Positions 43,728 through 54,800 of a DNA stretch of 64,000 nucleotides are shown piece after piece (position 1 is the first letter of the stretch; the number at the start of each line of letters is the position of its first letter). The notes beneath the pieces were generated by a model. The model was not told the DNA's origin. It saw only the letters and a program-made list of their open reading frames with translations, and did not search any database. The stretch comes from a bacterium (GTDB lineage Bacteria; UBP15; UBA6099). The stretch is from NCBI GenBank assembly GCA_029564595.1, contig JAKQPS010000037.1:72731-136730 (forward strand), read 5' to 3'. The position numbers and the translations under genes are program-made.

Positions 43728-45553
43728 TGAACGCGGCGGCGGCAGCGCCTGAAGTTAAAGGCCCGGCCGCAAGAACAACCGGAATGACCGTCAAAGGGGC
43801 GGGACGCGAGTTCAACGCTGAATATATCTGTAATGTTTCGTATTCCGGGCCGGGGCGGGTCAAGGCTCTGTTCGGGATAGCGGACGGGATGGGCGCGCAA
43901 GCGTCTGCGGCAAGCGAACTGGCCGTCAACGTCCTGAAGGAGTCCATGCGGCTCATCCGCGAGTCGGACAGCGTGAACGGAAACAACCTGCTGCCCGGAT
44001 GCCTTGAAGAGATACATGCGAGGCTGCTCGCGGAGTCCGGAGGCGAGGACAAGAAAGCGTCTGCGGCTTCCATAATGTGCGGATACATCGAAGGAGAAAC
44101 AGCGCATATTGCGGCGGCAGGCGGCGGAGCGGCGTACATAGTGTCAGAAGGAAAGGCGACCCGGTTGACGCCCAAGCAGGATTTGGGCGCGCTGGAGGAC
44201 GGCGAGGCAAAAGAGCGCCCCGAAGGGCTTGTTCCCGCCGGATGGCCCGCAGAAGGCTTCAATCCCGTTTACATCAGCAGGCGGATTCAGGTCGGAGATT
44301 GTCTGGTCGTCGTGTCAGACGGACTGGACGCGACGCTGCGCGAGAAGTCGGCGGCGGACATTCTGGCAGTCTCAAGAACGATAGACGAGGCGGCATCCTC
44401 GATGCTGGCCGAAGCGGGCGCGGGTAAAAGTTCAGAGGATGACATGGGCGTGGTCATCGTCAAGATTGAATCCATGGAATCGAAAACCCATATGCCGGAC
44501 ATCAAAGTAAAGTATCCGGTTTCCACATACACGAAGAAATATCTTGCGGTCGCCGTAATGTTGTGCGCGATGGGGGCGGTGTTTTATCTCGGCGCGCGGC
44601 TGCCCGGAGCGGCGAAGCAAGACGAGACGCCCGGAACCCTGCCAGTCTCGGAAGACGGCGGCGCGAGCGGGGAGCGGATTTTGATTCCCGGCCTGAGGCG
44701 CGGAGATGCGGGCGTGTCGATTTCAGTGACTCCAGCCGGAGCGAGGGTGTTCGTGAACGGTGTTCAGCAGATTTACGAGCCGGGGAAGATTTTCGGGATT
44801 CCCGCAAACGGCGGCATAGAGCTTAGGGTCGAGGCGGACGGGTTTGACCCGCACATGGAAGTCCTGAACCCGAAACCCGGAGAGCGTATCGAGCTGTCGA
44901 TAACGCTGCTGCCGTCTTCGCCGGACAACGGCTCGCTGTTGATATTATGCAGGCCCGCCTGCGACGCGCTTCTTCTTGACGACAAGAGGCTGGAAGGGTT
45001 TCCGAAAGAGGAGATACTGCTTAGGCAGATACCGCCGGGGCGGCATCATGTGGAAGCCACTAGAGGCCGGGAGTCCGAGGGACGCTCGCTCAACATCGCT
45101 TCAGGGATAACCCAGTCGATAATTTTCAGGTTTGAGGGAGAGAGGATAATCGACACGCGGGCGGAAACCGCGGCAAAGGCGGAGCCTGTGAAGCTGCCGC
45201 CGCGCGCGGTCCCGGAAACCCCGCCCCCTCCTTCGCCTCTGGTTGTTTCGACATCCCCCTCGAAGGAGACGGGATACCCGGCGGCTATAGAAGTCGAAGG
45301 AGCAGGGGCGGAGCCTTCCGCGCCAAAGTTGAACAGAGCGTATTTCAATGTGACATCGAACGTGCGAAACTGCACGCTGATGATATTCAGGAACGGCAAG
45401 CTGGCTCTGACCGGGTTCTGCGACACGCGGCACGACATAGAGCCGGGAGAATACGTTTTTCAGGTGTCCAGACCCGGCTGGAAGACGGCGAGGAAGACGG
45501 TGTCGCTCGAAGGAGAATTCAAGCTGATAGAAATCGAACTGGAGCGAGAATAA
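43715..45553 (+). CDS. PP2C-family Ser/Thr phosphatase with TM segment and C-terminal PEGA-like domains
   Basis: GIADGMGAQASA, AAAGGGAAYIV, VVVSDGLDA are PPM motifs. Hydrophobic segment AVAVMLCAMGAVFYL. C-terminal beta-rich repeats resemble PEGA. Confidence 0.65.
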   Translation: MQEMMNAAAAAPEVKGPAARTTGMTVKGAGREFNAEYICNVSYSGPGRVKALFGIADGMGAQASAASELAVNVLKESMRLIRESDSVNGNNLLPGCLEEIHARLLAESGGEDKKASAASIMCGYIEGETAHIAAAGGGAAYIVSEGKATRLTPKQDLGALEDGEAKERPEGLVPAGWPAEGFNPVYISRRIQVGDCLVVVSDGLDATLREKSAADILAVSRTIDEAASSMLAEAGAGKSSEDDMGVVIVKIESMESKTHMPDIKVKYPVSTYTKKYLAVAVMLCAMGAVFYLGARLPGAAKQDETPGTLPVSEDGGASGERILIPGLRRGDAGVSISVTPAGARVFVNGVQQIYEPGKIFGIPANGGIELRVEADGFDPHMEVLNPKPGERIELSITLLPSSPDNGSLLILCRPACDALLLDDKRLEGFPKEEILLRQIPPGRHHVEATRGRESEGRSLNIASGITQSIIFRFEGERIIDTRAETAAKAEPVKLPPRAVPETPPPPSPLVVSTSPSKETGYPAAIEVEGAGAEPSAPKLNRAYFNVTSNVRNCTLMIFRNGKLALTGFCDTRHDIEPGEYVFQVSRPGWKTARKTVSLEGEFKLIEIELERE

Positions 45554-45556
45554 GAT

Positions 45557-47257
45557 ATGCGGAGCAAAACCGCTCATAAATCGTTCAGGACGCTGGTAGG
45601 CTCGTGCGGGCCGGACTCGCGGTTCGGGCAGGGCGTTTACATCTACGACACCAACGCGTCCGACTTGGACTTCGGGCTGTTCGCGCTTTTCAACGAGTGT
45701 TCGCCCGAAGCCGAGAGGGCGGGGATGGAATATCTTTCCGAGAAAGCCACGCCGTACGTGGACAGCTCGGATGTGGGGTCGATATCGAAGCCTCAGGCGT
45801 TCGTAAGGGACATCGTGATAGGGCTTCAGCGGGAGTTGGAAACGGCGGGGCTTGTGGAGCATCAGTCCACCCGCCATTCCTTCGCGGTGGCGCTGGTCAA
45901 ACACGGCCAGCTTCACATAGCGCGCATAAACGCGTGCCCGTTGTTTTATCTGAAAGACAGGAAATTGTTTCAAGTGTTCAAGACGCCGGAGCAGCGCGGG
46001 CTGAAAAGCGTGCAGGCCGAATCAGTGTCCGCCGGGAGCGGGGACTGTTTGGCGATGTGCTCGGAAAACATGATCAAGCACATGTCCCGGCTGGAGTTGA
46101 AAAACATGCTGCTGACCGAGCCGGACCTGAACTTGGCGTGCGGCAAGCTCCAGATGACGGCAAATAGATACGAGGAGACGGTCGATCCGAGGATGCTCCT
46201 TGTTAAGTTCGAGGAGAACGAGAGAAGGAACTCGACGGCGGCCAACATGCGCAACTTCGGCATAGTCGCCGCGCTGGCCGTGGTCATCATGATACCGTTC
46301 CTGTGGGGAGACATCATGAGGGCGGTGAGGACCAACACTCTCGGCTACGTGAAGAAACAGAAGACGCTCGTCGAGCGGGCGATCGAAAAGATACAACCCG
46401 ATACCAAGAAGTACCTTCCGGAAACCGCGCTCGACGGCCTGCGCGTTCCGTATGACATAGATATATCCGACGACGGGATTTACTACATCGTGGATGTGGG
46501 CAGGGATCAGGTCATTCGCCACGACCCCGCGACGGGAGACAGCTCCTACATAGGCGAAAAGACCAAACTACGGTTCCCGACCGGAATAGACGTCTCAGAG
46601 GACAAGTTGTATGTGGCGGATTTCTCGATAAACGTCAACCGGGTTTTTGCCATAGGAACGGACGGGGAGCCGGCTGGAGAGATGCCCTCTAAGCGCGGAA
46701 GGATAACGATGCGCAACCCGAAGGCGATCGCCGTGGCGAAAGATTTGATATACGTCTGCGACAGAGGAAACAACAGGGTGTTGGTGTTCGACAAGTCCGG
46801 ATCCCATCAGCGCACTATCGACATCCCGCGCAACTACAGGGAGCCTAACGGAATCGCGGTCGCGGACTCCGGCGATATATTCGTCACGCTAAAACTGTCC
46901 GGAATGGTGCTGAAGATAGTGGGCAAAGAGATAACTCCGTTCACGCTGTTCGAGGAGAAAGACGGAGAGAACGCGAGGATATCGCTCAACAAGCCGTCGG
47001 GCATAGCTGTGGATTCGCAGGGTTTTGTTTACATAGCGGACACTGCGGCGAGGCGGGCGCTGATCGCCAACCCGATGGGAAAGATAGCGGGAATAATCGC
47101 GCAGGATTCGCTGGACGACCTGCAGTCTTACTATCCGATGAGCGTGAAACTGGACCCGAAGGGGCAGTATCTTTATATAGTGGGAAGCAACCGCTATAGT
47201 TACGACGCGGGTTGCGAGAACGTGTGCAAGGGAAAAATATGGCGGGTGAAACTATGA
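45557..47257 (+). CDS. PP2C-like (possibly degenerate) domain - TM - NHL-repeat beta-propeller protein
   Basis: N-terminal PPM-like fold with substituted metal-binding Asp positions. TM segment FGIVAALAVVIMIPFLW. NHL-type repeats (YVADFS, YVCDRGNNRVLVFD, YIADTAARRALI). Confidence 0.6.
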   Translation: MRSKTAHKSFRTLVGSCGPDSRFGQGVYIYDTNASDLDFGLFALFNECSPEAERAGMEYLSEKATPYVDSSDVGSISKPQAFVRDIVIGLQRELETAGLVEHQSTRHSFAVALVKHGQLHIARINACPLFYLKDRKLFQVFKTPEQRGLKSVQAESVSAGSGDCLAMCSENMIKHMSRLELKNMLLTEPDLNLACGKLQMTANRYEETVDPRMLLVKFEENERRNSTAANMRNFGIVAALAVVIMIPFLWGDIMRAVRTNTLGYVKKQKTLVERAIEKIQPDTKKYLPETALDGLRVPYDIDISDDGIYYIVDVGRDQVIRHDPATGDSSYIGEKTKLRFPTGIDVSEDKLYVADFSINVNRVFAIGTDGEPAGEMPSKRGRITMRNPKAIAVAKDLIYVCDRGNNRVLVFDKSGSHQRTIDIPRNYREPNGIAVADSGDIFVTLKLSGMVLKIVGKEITPFTLFEEKDGENARISLNKPSGIAVDSQGFVYIADTAARRALIANPMGKIAGIIAQDSLDDLQSYYPMSVKLDPKGQYLYIVGSNRYSYDAGCENVCKGKIWRVKL

Positions 47258-47925
47258 GGGACAGGAGAGCGAGGAGGGCGGCCGCGCTGCTGGCGGCGGC
47301 GTTGGCGCTGCTGGCGGCGGCGGGGCTTCCGGCGGCGGCGCAGGAGTCCGGCGAGGAAGTCGCTTCCACGCAGGCCGTCATGAAATCCCGGCCTGAGGTT
47401 ATGCCGGAAAGCATGCCGGTAGCGTTTCAGCAGGAGATAACTCTCAGCCACGAGTTAGCCAGAATCGAAAGCGACTATATGAATGTCGTTAGATATTACA
47501 ATAAAAATCTGCCGGAAAGGCAGGCGCTGAACATAGCGCGTTACGTGCTGCACTACTCGACGGCGATGAAGGTGGACCCCCGGCTGGTGATGTCGGTCAT
47601 AGTGATCGAGTCTAGGTTCCAGCCGAACGCGGTGTCGCCCAAAGGCGCGATGGGACTGGGGCAGCTTATGCCCGGAACCGCCGCCATGCTGGGCGTCAGA
47701 AACGCTTTTGATCCGAGAGAGAATATTTACGGAACGGTGAAATATCTCAGCGACCAATACCGGAGGTGGCAGAATTCGGAGCGCGCGCTGGAACTGGCGT
47801 TGGCCAGCTACAACGCCGGCCCGGAGGCGGTCGCGAGGCACAAGGGAATACCTCCTTACAGGGAGACGATAGACTACGTTGCGAAAGTGAAAAAACTGTA
47901 CACCTTCTTCGTGTACGGTCGTTGA
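47254..47925 (+). CDS. Lytic transglycosylase (SLT domain), secreted
   Basis: Signal peptide. AMGLGQLMPGTAAMLGV...ALASYNAGPEAV SLT catalytic region. Confidence 0.75.
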   Translation: MRDRRARRAAALLAAALALLAAAGLPAAAQESGEEVASTQAVMKSRPEVMPESMPVAFQQEITLSHELARIESDYMNVVRYYNKNLPERQALNIARYVLHYSTAMKVDPRLVMSVIVIESRFQPNAVSPKGAMGLGQLMPGTAAMLGVRNAFDPRENIYGTVKYLSDQYRRWQNSERALELALASYNAGPEAVARHKGIPPYRETIDYVAKVKKLYTFFVYGR

Positions 47926-47936
47926 GGCGATAGGGG

Positions 47937-50258
47937 ATGGCGGGAGTCGCGCAGAACGGCAAAAACAGTTTTCTGAGGTCTTGGGGAGTGCGGACCAAGC
48001 TGCTTCTGTCGTTCGTGTTGCTGTCGCTCGTTTCGACATGCGTCTACATGTGGATAGCCCATTCGCACACCCGCCGCATGGCCGAGGAACATATGACCCA
48101 GAAGATAGAGCTTCTGGCGGGCGTGTTCAGCGAGGAGATCCGCCGGGATCTGGACGCGCACATCGACCATGTAACCGAAGTGGCTTCCCTGCCCGATGTC
48201 AGGTCCATGGAAATCGGATTCCCGCTTGAAAACAGGATTAGAAGGAATTTTTCCCAGACGAGCATAAACGCCCTGTTCATACTCGACGCCGAGAGGCAGA
48301 TAGTGAGCGCAAGCCACTATGACGAGATGTCCTGCGTGTCGCTGGACAAGATATCGAACTCGGAACATGTGGAAGAGGCGATGAAGGAATTCAAGGCCAA
48401 AGTGTTTTCCGGAGAGGCGGTGGACTACGACCGGCCCGGAGCGTTCTTCATAGCGGTCCCAGTCGCGGGGGCTTTTGAAGCCGCCGCCGGAGCGGTGGTC
48501 GCCGAGGTGATAGTCGACATCGCGGCGATGGAAAAACTTATCGAAAAGAAGGAAATCGCGGGCGGGGACATGCGCATGTTCCTGATAAACCGCGACGGAG
48601 TGGTGCTGACGCACACCGATCCGAACGCCATAGGCAAGTGCGTGTTCGAAGAGGGAATGCCTCTGAGCGCGGCGTCAGACAAAGTCAGGAATGGCATTCT
48701 GGCGGGCGAGCAGGGAAAAACCGAGAAGTTCCTGTTCGATGAAGACGGAAAGAAACGCATCGTCGCGGCGGCGGTGATAAACCCTGCGGCGGGCTGGAAA
48801 TTAATTCTCATCCAACCTTATGAAAGAATTATCGCGCCCGTCATCAAAGTCAGGAACGCGATATTCATGTGGGGGCTTCTGGCCCTCGCGGTGTCCATAT
48901 ATCTGGCGCTGTACCGCGCGCGCAGGATAACCTACCCAATCGGCGAGCTTATACGCGCCTCGGAGGAAATCTCCCAAGGCCACTATAGTCAGCGCGTGAC
49001 CATCTACCGCAGGGACGAGTTCGGGTGGCTGGCCTCGGCGTTCAACCGCATGAGCGCCGACCTCGAATCAAAAATCGACGCTCTCAAAATTTATCAGAGC
49101 CAGCTCGAAGAAGCCTTCAATCAGGTGCAGAGCGATGCCCAGAAACGGGAACAGGCGAACCGCGATCTGTCCCAGAAAGTCAGCGAATTGACATCTCTGG
49201 CAGAAGTAACTCAGGCCATTACCACTTCTCTGGACATAAACGAAGTGCTCAACATGATGGTGGACACCATAGTGAAGATAGTCGGAATCGACATCTGCTC
49301 GATAAAGCTGCTGGACCCTGCGACGAACAAGATGTCCGTCAAGATATCCAGAGGTCTTGGGGAGGAATATATAAAGAAATCTCCGACCCGGCCGGGAGAG
49401 GGAGTGAGCGGGCGCGCCATCAAAGAACGCGTTCCCGTCATTATCGAGGATGTGTACACTGACGAAAGGGTCGAGCCTGACCACGTCATCAGAAGCATCG
49501 GCGTCAAGTCCATTATCAGCATCCCGCTAATAACCAACGTGTCCGTGCTCGGAGTGCTTAACCTGTACACAAAAGAAAAGCGGATATTTACGGAGGACGA
49601 GAAACGGCTTCTGGGTATATTCGCCAATCAGGCCGCCGGAGCCATAGAGAACGCCCGCCTGTTCCACTCTTTGCGCGAAAACTATCTCAACACCATTCAG
49701 GCCCTCTCGATGGCGATAGACGCGAAAGACCAGTACACGCACGGCCACTCGAAACGGGTCAGCGAGATTGCCGCTTCTGTGGGCCGCGCGTACGGGCTGG
49801 ACGACAACGAGCTTGACCTTCTCAAATACGCCAGCGACCTGCACGACATCGGAAAGATAGGCATCAGCGAGGTCATAATAGGCAAGAAATCGAAGCTCAC
49901 CGTCGACGAGTACGACATGATCAAATCGCACCCCATCGTCGGCGAGACCATCATCCAGCCTGTTCCTTTCCTGAAGGAAGTCTGCCCGATAATCCGCCAC
50001 CATCACGAGCGGTACGACGGATACGGATATCCGGACGGAATAAAGGGCGACGAGATACCGGAGCTTGCCCGGATACTGCACCTTGCGGACGCTTTTGACG
50101 CGATGACTTCGGACAGGCCGTACAGGAAGGCGCTCAGCAACGAAGTCGCGATTCAGGAAGTGAAGAAACACTGCGGCACTCAGTTCGATCCTAGGGTGGT
50201 CGAGGCTTTTCTAAAAGTGTTCGATCCTGAAGGCGGAGAAACCGCTCCTCCGGCCTGA
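47937..50258 (+). CDS. Membrane sensor: periplasmic sensor domain - HAMP - GAF - HD-GYP phosphodiesterase
   Basis: Two TM segments flank a sensor region. HAMP-like segment. GAF. HDIGKIGISEVI and HHERYDGYGYPDG (HD-GYP) motifs. Confidence 0.8.
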   Translation: MAGVAQNGKNSFLRSWGVRTKLLLSFVLLSLVSTCVYMWIAHSHTRRMAEEHMTQKIELLAGVFSEEIRRDLDAHIDHVTEVASLPDVRSMEIGFPLENRIRRNFSQTSINALFILDAERQIVSASHYDEMSCVSLDKISNSEHVEEAMKEFKAKVFSGEAVDYDRPGAFFIAVPVAGAFEAAAGAVVAEVIVDIAAMEKLIEKKEIAGGDMRMFLINRDGVVLTHTDPNAIGKCVFEEGMPLSAASDKVRNGILAGEQGKTEKFLFDEDGKKRIVAAAVINPAAGWKLILIQPYERIIAPVIKVRNAIFMWGLLALAVSIYLALYRARRITYPIGELIRASEEISQGHYSQRVTIYRRDEFGWLASAFNRMSADLESKIDALKIYQSQLEEAFNQVQSDAQKREQANRDLSQKVSELTSLAEVTQAITTSLDINEVLNMMVDTIVKIVGIDICSIKLLDPATNKMSVKISRGLGEEYIKKSPTRPGEGVSGRAIKERVPVIIEDVYTDERVEPDHVIRSIGVKSIISIPLITNVSVLGVLNLYTKEKRIFTEDEKRLLGIFANQAAGAIENARLFHSLRENYLNTIQALSMAIDAKDQYTHGHSKRVSEIAASVGRAYGLDDNELDLLKYASDLHDIGKIGISEVIIGKKSKLTVDEYDMIKSHPIVGETIIQPVPFLKEVCPIIRHHHERYDGYGYPDGIKGDEIPELARILHLADAFDAMTSDRPYRKALSNEVAIQEVKKHCGTQFDPRVVEAFLKVFDPEGGETAPPA

Positions 50259-50275
50259 CGCGAGGTGATTTTACG

Positions 50276-50554
50276 GTGTCGGACAACTACGGAAAAATCG
50301 ACAGAACGAGGGACCTGTACCGGGTCCACGACGCGGCGAAGAAACAGAAAAAAGAGAAAAAGGGACAGTTGGACAATGAGTTCCTGAATCTGCTCGAAGA
50401 GAGCGAAAAGGACGCCGAAGGATACGACGAGGGCAAACGCAAAGAGCAGAAACCGACGATGCCGACGTCGAGCATGCTGGACAAGCTTTCTGCGGGGGCT
50501 CCGCCGCCGATAATCATCCGCGACGACGACGCTGAAGGCGGGAACAAGGAATGA
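50276..50554 (+). CDS. Small acidic hypothetical protein
   Basis: 92 aa. Stop overlaps the acyP start (ATGA). Confidence 0.4.
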   Translation: MSDNYGKIDRTRDLYRVHDAAKKQKKEKKGQLDNEFLNLLEESEKDAEGYDEGKRKEQKPTMPTSSMLDKLSAGAPPPIIIRDDDAEGGNKE

Positions 50555-50835
50555 AGAGAAAACTCGCCGCCAGAGTGTCGGGACGGGTTCAGGGAGTGGG
50601 ATACAGATATTTCGCGAGGGAAACCGCAGTCATGCTGGGTCTCGGAGGTTTCGCGAGAAACCTGCCGGGGGGAGACGTGGAAGTGGAGGCGGAAGGGGAG
50701 CGGGAATCGCTCGAAATGTTATTGGAAGCGTTGCGGAAGGGGCCGCCCGCGTCCCGCGTTTCGGGGGTGGAGGCGGAATGGTCCGAGCCGGAGGGCGGCA
50801 ATGCGGCGGGCGCGGGGTTCAGGATTTTATTTTAA
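50551..50835 (+). CDS. acyP: Acylphosphatase
   Basis: VSGRVQGVGYRYF signature. 94 aa. Confidence 0.85.
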   Translation: MKRKLAARVSGRVQGVGYRYFARETAVMLGLGGFARNLPGGDVEVEAEGERESLEMLLEALRKGPPASRVSGVEAEWSEPEGGNAAGAGFRILF

Positions 50836-50847
50836 CAGCAGTTTTTT

Positions 50848-51519
50848 TTGTTCGGATTTCGTCCGGGCTGGGAGCGCTCAAAAGTGAAAAAATACGAAGA
50901 CTGGCAAAAGTATGTTAAAGAGCAGATGGAAAAATCCGGCCAGAGCCGCGAGATATCCATCCCTTCGGAACCTCGGCGCAACGTGCCGTCGATAAGCGGA
51001 GACCGCTACAAGATTCAAAGGCGCGCCGCGCCGGCATCATTGCCGGAGGAACGCGAGCCGGAGCCGCCCCGCCCGGAGATGTCCGCAGAACCTATTCCGG
51101 TTGCGCAGCCTCAGCGCAAGAGCCTCGACTCCCTGTCTTCGCCTTTCGTTTCTGTAAGCGACGTGTGGGAAGCCGCAGAAAAATCGTCTAGGACGAAAAA
51201 GACCATAAAGGAAGAGTCGCAGGCGTTGAGACAGGCCCGGCTGCCCGGAATAGAGCGGGTGGCCGGACGCGAAAAGCCCGACTCTGCCCCCGCCTCAGCC
51301 AAGGGGCGGAACCACGAGCAGTCCAGAGAGGAAATCATCGAACGGCTCGTGAACCCGACAATCACCCTTGAAGAAGCGGCAAAAATCATGGGCGTATGCA
51401 AAGCCACTGTAAGAAGATACACCGTAAAAGGAATACTGCCGCACTACCGCACCGCCGGAAACCAGAGGCGGTTTAAACTGAACGACATAATAAATTTCTT
51501 GGAAAACCAGAGAAAGTGA
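50848..51519 (+). CDS. Disordered N-terminus + C-terminal excisionase/MerR-type HTH DNA-binding protein
   Basis: C-terminus ITLEEAAKIMGVCKATVRRYTVKGILPHYRTAGNQRRF is an HTH_17-type motif, paralogous to the N-terminus of 19647-20207. Confidence 0.55.
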   Translation: MFGFRPGWERSKVKKYEDWQKYVKEQMEKSGQSREISIPSEPRRNVPSISGDRYKIQRRAAPASLPEEREPEPPRPEMSAEPIPVAQPQRKSLDSLSSPFVSVSDVWEAAEKSSRTKKTIKEESQALRQARLPGIERVAGREKPDSAPASAKGRNHEQSREEIIERLVNPTITLEEAAKIMGVCKATVRRYTVKGILPHYRTAGNQRRFKLNDIINFLENQRK

Positions 51520-51577
51520 GAAGCGCGCGCTGGAAGACGAACTGCACATAACCTCGCTCGAACAGAACGGAGTCTTC

Positions 51578-51886
51578 GTGCTCAGGCCGTCGGGGGCGTT
51601 GACAATCGACACCCACGGGGGGCTGAAGAAGGCCGCCCGCGACGCCATCCTGTACGACAGGCGCAGGAAGATACTGCTGGATGTCGGCGGCATCAGCCGC
51701 ATAGACAGCGCCGGCATCGGCTCGCTCGTGACTCTTCTGAACATCGCCCGCTCAAACGACGGCGACGTCAGGCTCGCGGGAGAATTCGCCCCGGCCGTCG
51801 AGGAGCCTTTCAACTTGTGCGGCCTGTCCCGCGTGTTCGCAAAATATCCCGATGTCAAAACAGGCGTCGAACAGTTCGACCTTTGA
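51578..51886 (+). CDS. STAS-domain anti-sigma-factor antagonist (start may lie upstream at a non-ATG codon)
   Basis: ILLDVGGISRIDSAGIGSLVTLL STAS core. Reading frame is open back to 51494 encoding LEDELHITSLEQNGVFV (typical STAS N-terminus), but there is no ATG/GTG/TTG before GTG 51578. Confidence 0.65.
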   Translation: MLRPSGALTIDTHGGLKKAARDAILYDRRRKILLDVGGISRIDSAGIGSLVTLLNIARSNDGDVRLAGEFAPAVEEPFNLCGLSRVFAKYPDVKTGVEQFDL

Positions 51887-54800
51887 GACGGCGGCGGAGC
51901 TGCTTCTTTTCCCGGCGCTCCTTGTCCTTCCATACATACTGTTCAAGGACACCTATTCGCAGATTTCCGCCGAAGGCGAGTGGAACTCGTTCTACATAGC
52001 CGCGCTGTCCGTTCTCGCCGCGCTGGCCGTCTCAGTTCCCCAGATTGTCGCCGGGATGAACGGGCCGCGCGGAGCTTTCTTCGCGGCGTCCGGGATAGCT
52101 CTGGGCGCGGCGGGCGCGTTGTTGCCGTTCGTCAATGCGCCGCGCGGCGGCTCCCTGTGGCCGACCCTTGCCGTGTGCGCCGCGGCCTGCGCCGCGCAGG
52201 CTGTCGCCCGCGCAAAATCGCGCGGCGGAGCCTCCGGCCTCGACCTAGCGGTTTCCATCCTGACGGTGGCCGCAGGGCTGGCTCTTCCTTACTCGCTCGC
52301 AGCTTTCGGCCTCGAGCAGAGCAAGGCCGCCGTCTTCCTTCTTTTCGTCCCTCTTGCGCTGCCGCTATATCTTTTCGCGACCACTCCCGATTCGCGCGAC
52401 CCCGACCGTCCTCTGGCGCGCGTCATCCTCATATTCATCGTCCACTCGCTGGCCATGTCGCTGTATTTCGTGCTGTTCAGGTCGTACGAATCCTTCCGTC
52501 TTCCGCAACTGACGGCGATGCAGGCGACGGTCGCCCTGAACGTGGCTCTTGCCTTTGCGTCGGCGGCGCTCAAAGGAAGGCTGGAACTCAGGAAATCTCC
52601 CCTGAATGTTCCGATACTGCTGATAACCGTCGCCACGCTGTTGTCCTTCGCGCTGTCTCCCAACTTTTTTGTCAGCCTCAAGGAGTTTTTGCAGTACGCG
52701 TTCGTCGTCATGAACTTCCTGCTGATAGTCCATTGTTTGGACGGCAGGAGGCATTACGGGATTCTAGTGTCGGTTTTCATCGCTGCTCTATGGATTGAGG
52801 CGCTGGTGGGCGTCCAGCAGCATTTCGGGGCGAACCGCCTTCTCGGACTCGGAGGAAACAGAGACCCGTTTTCAACGCTCGGAAACAAGAACTACGCCGC
52901 CGAACTGTTGGCCATGGGAATTCCTTTCGTCGTGGCGGTGTCGATGGGCGTCAGGGAGCGCTGGAAAAAGGCGCTGTGCTGGATCGCCCTTTATCCCATG
53001 CTGGCGGTGGTGGTTCTGGCGATCACGCGCGGCTCATGGATAGGCGTGATAGCGTCTGTCGCGGCGCTTGGGCTTTTTGCGGTGGACGGTCTGGGCGGTC
53101 GCAAAGCCTTAGAAGCCGCCGCGCATATAGCCGCGCTCGCCCTGCTCACCATTTTCATCGCCGCCGTTTCCACCCGCAACGCGATATTAACCTCGGTTCC
53201 TGAATCAGGCGGCGGAAACGCGTTTATTTCGGATGTCCTCAAAGAATGCTCCGGCGGGGCGTCGGTTTCTCTGGGCGGCAGGCAGCTTGCCGTCTGCTCC
53301 GTTCCGTCGAGCAGGAAGTCGTCGTTCTTCGAAAACAACTATGTGTCGGATTGGGTGTCGGTCTCTCGCAGGCTGGGATGGCCGAGGCTGCCCGTGGACG
53401 TGTCGGAGCCGCTGACGCCGCAGGAAACGGTCGCGCGGCTGAGGTACGCGGCGGCTTCCGCCGAACTTGAAGGCACGGAGGCGGCTGCGAGGCTGGGGGA
53501 CTACTTAGATTCGCTCGAAACGGCCCCGCCAGTTTTCTATGTTCGAGTCGGCTACGGCCCGCCCGACTATTCATACGTCAGCCGCTTCATGTCGATAGTG
53601 GACATAGCGTCGCGCAGGCTTGGACGCTCGCCTGTAATGTGGGCGGCGTTCTTCGTCGGGTTCGCCGCGCTGATGGCGGCGGGCTGGTTCGCCATGCGAA
53701 CAAGGCGCGGAAAAACCGCCGCCGTTTCGGCTCTGGCCGTTCTCATGGTGGCGTTCGCCGCCGCCTCGGTTGCCCGGCGCGCGGAAACTCCGCCGGCGCA
53801 AGCCGCCCCGGCGCAAACTACCTTTTCCGCCCCGGCCGCCCCTCAGGTGGTCGATGACTCCATCGTGTCGCGCAGCTTCATCTGGGGCGGCGCGCGCGAG
53901 ATGATAAAGCATCACCCCTTCGGCGTCGGCATCGGCGCGTTCAAAGTCCGCTACCTTTCCATGCTCACCGTCCACCTCGAAAAATCCGGAATATCCACCA
54001 TCCCCGGATTCTTTAAGGACGTCAACGCGAAAGAGGCTCACTGCGAATACCTTCATATATGGGCCGAGTTGGGATTCATAGGTCTGGCGCTGTTGTTGTA
54101 TTTCTTCTTTGCCGTGTTCAAATATTTCAAAAAAATATACTATCCGCTCAAAGATGATCCGTTCACGCAATGCGTGGCGCTCGGCGCTTTCTCCGCGCTC
54201 GCGTCGGTGGCCGCGTCAGCCGTGTTCGGATTCCCGTTCCATATCATAGGCACGTCGATGTTCTGCGGCGCGGCGCTGGCGCTGCTTGTGTTCTCAGAAG
54301 ACAGGCTGCTCGGAGCCGGAACGCTTCCCGCAAACCTTCCCGGCTTCGGCGCGCGCAAGGACAGGGACGACGGAGAGTCGAAAAAAGGCAAAAAAAACAA
54401 ACGAAAAAAAGAAGCGGTCTCAGAGCTTGCGCCGGACATGTCGTGGAAAGACCGTTGGGCGGTAGTCAGGCTTTCGCGTCCCGTCTCGATAGCGGGCATG
54501 GCCGCAGCGTCGCTTTTCTTCATCCTGATTCTGAAATTTTCCGTCGACGTTCAGATGGCGAACATACTGATGAAGAAGGGCAACAGCTACGCGCGGCGGG
54601 CCACCGAGCTTGCGGCAGGAGCCGACGCGGCGGAGCGACGGGGCAACGCCGCCGAAGCCTCCGCGTACCGCTCAGGGGCCGAAGACTTCGACCGGCAGGC
54701 GCTCGATCTCTTCGAGCAGTCCCTCAAACTCGACCCCTATAACGGCGATATACACCTATTCAGGGGCATGTTCTTCCAGAAGCACAAGCAGCCTGACGAG

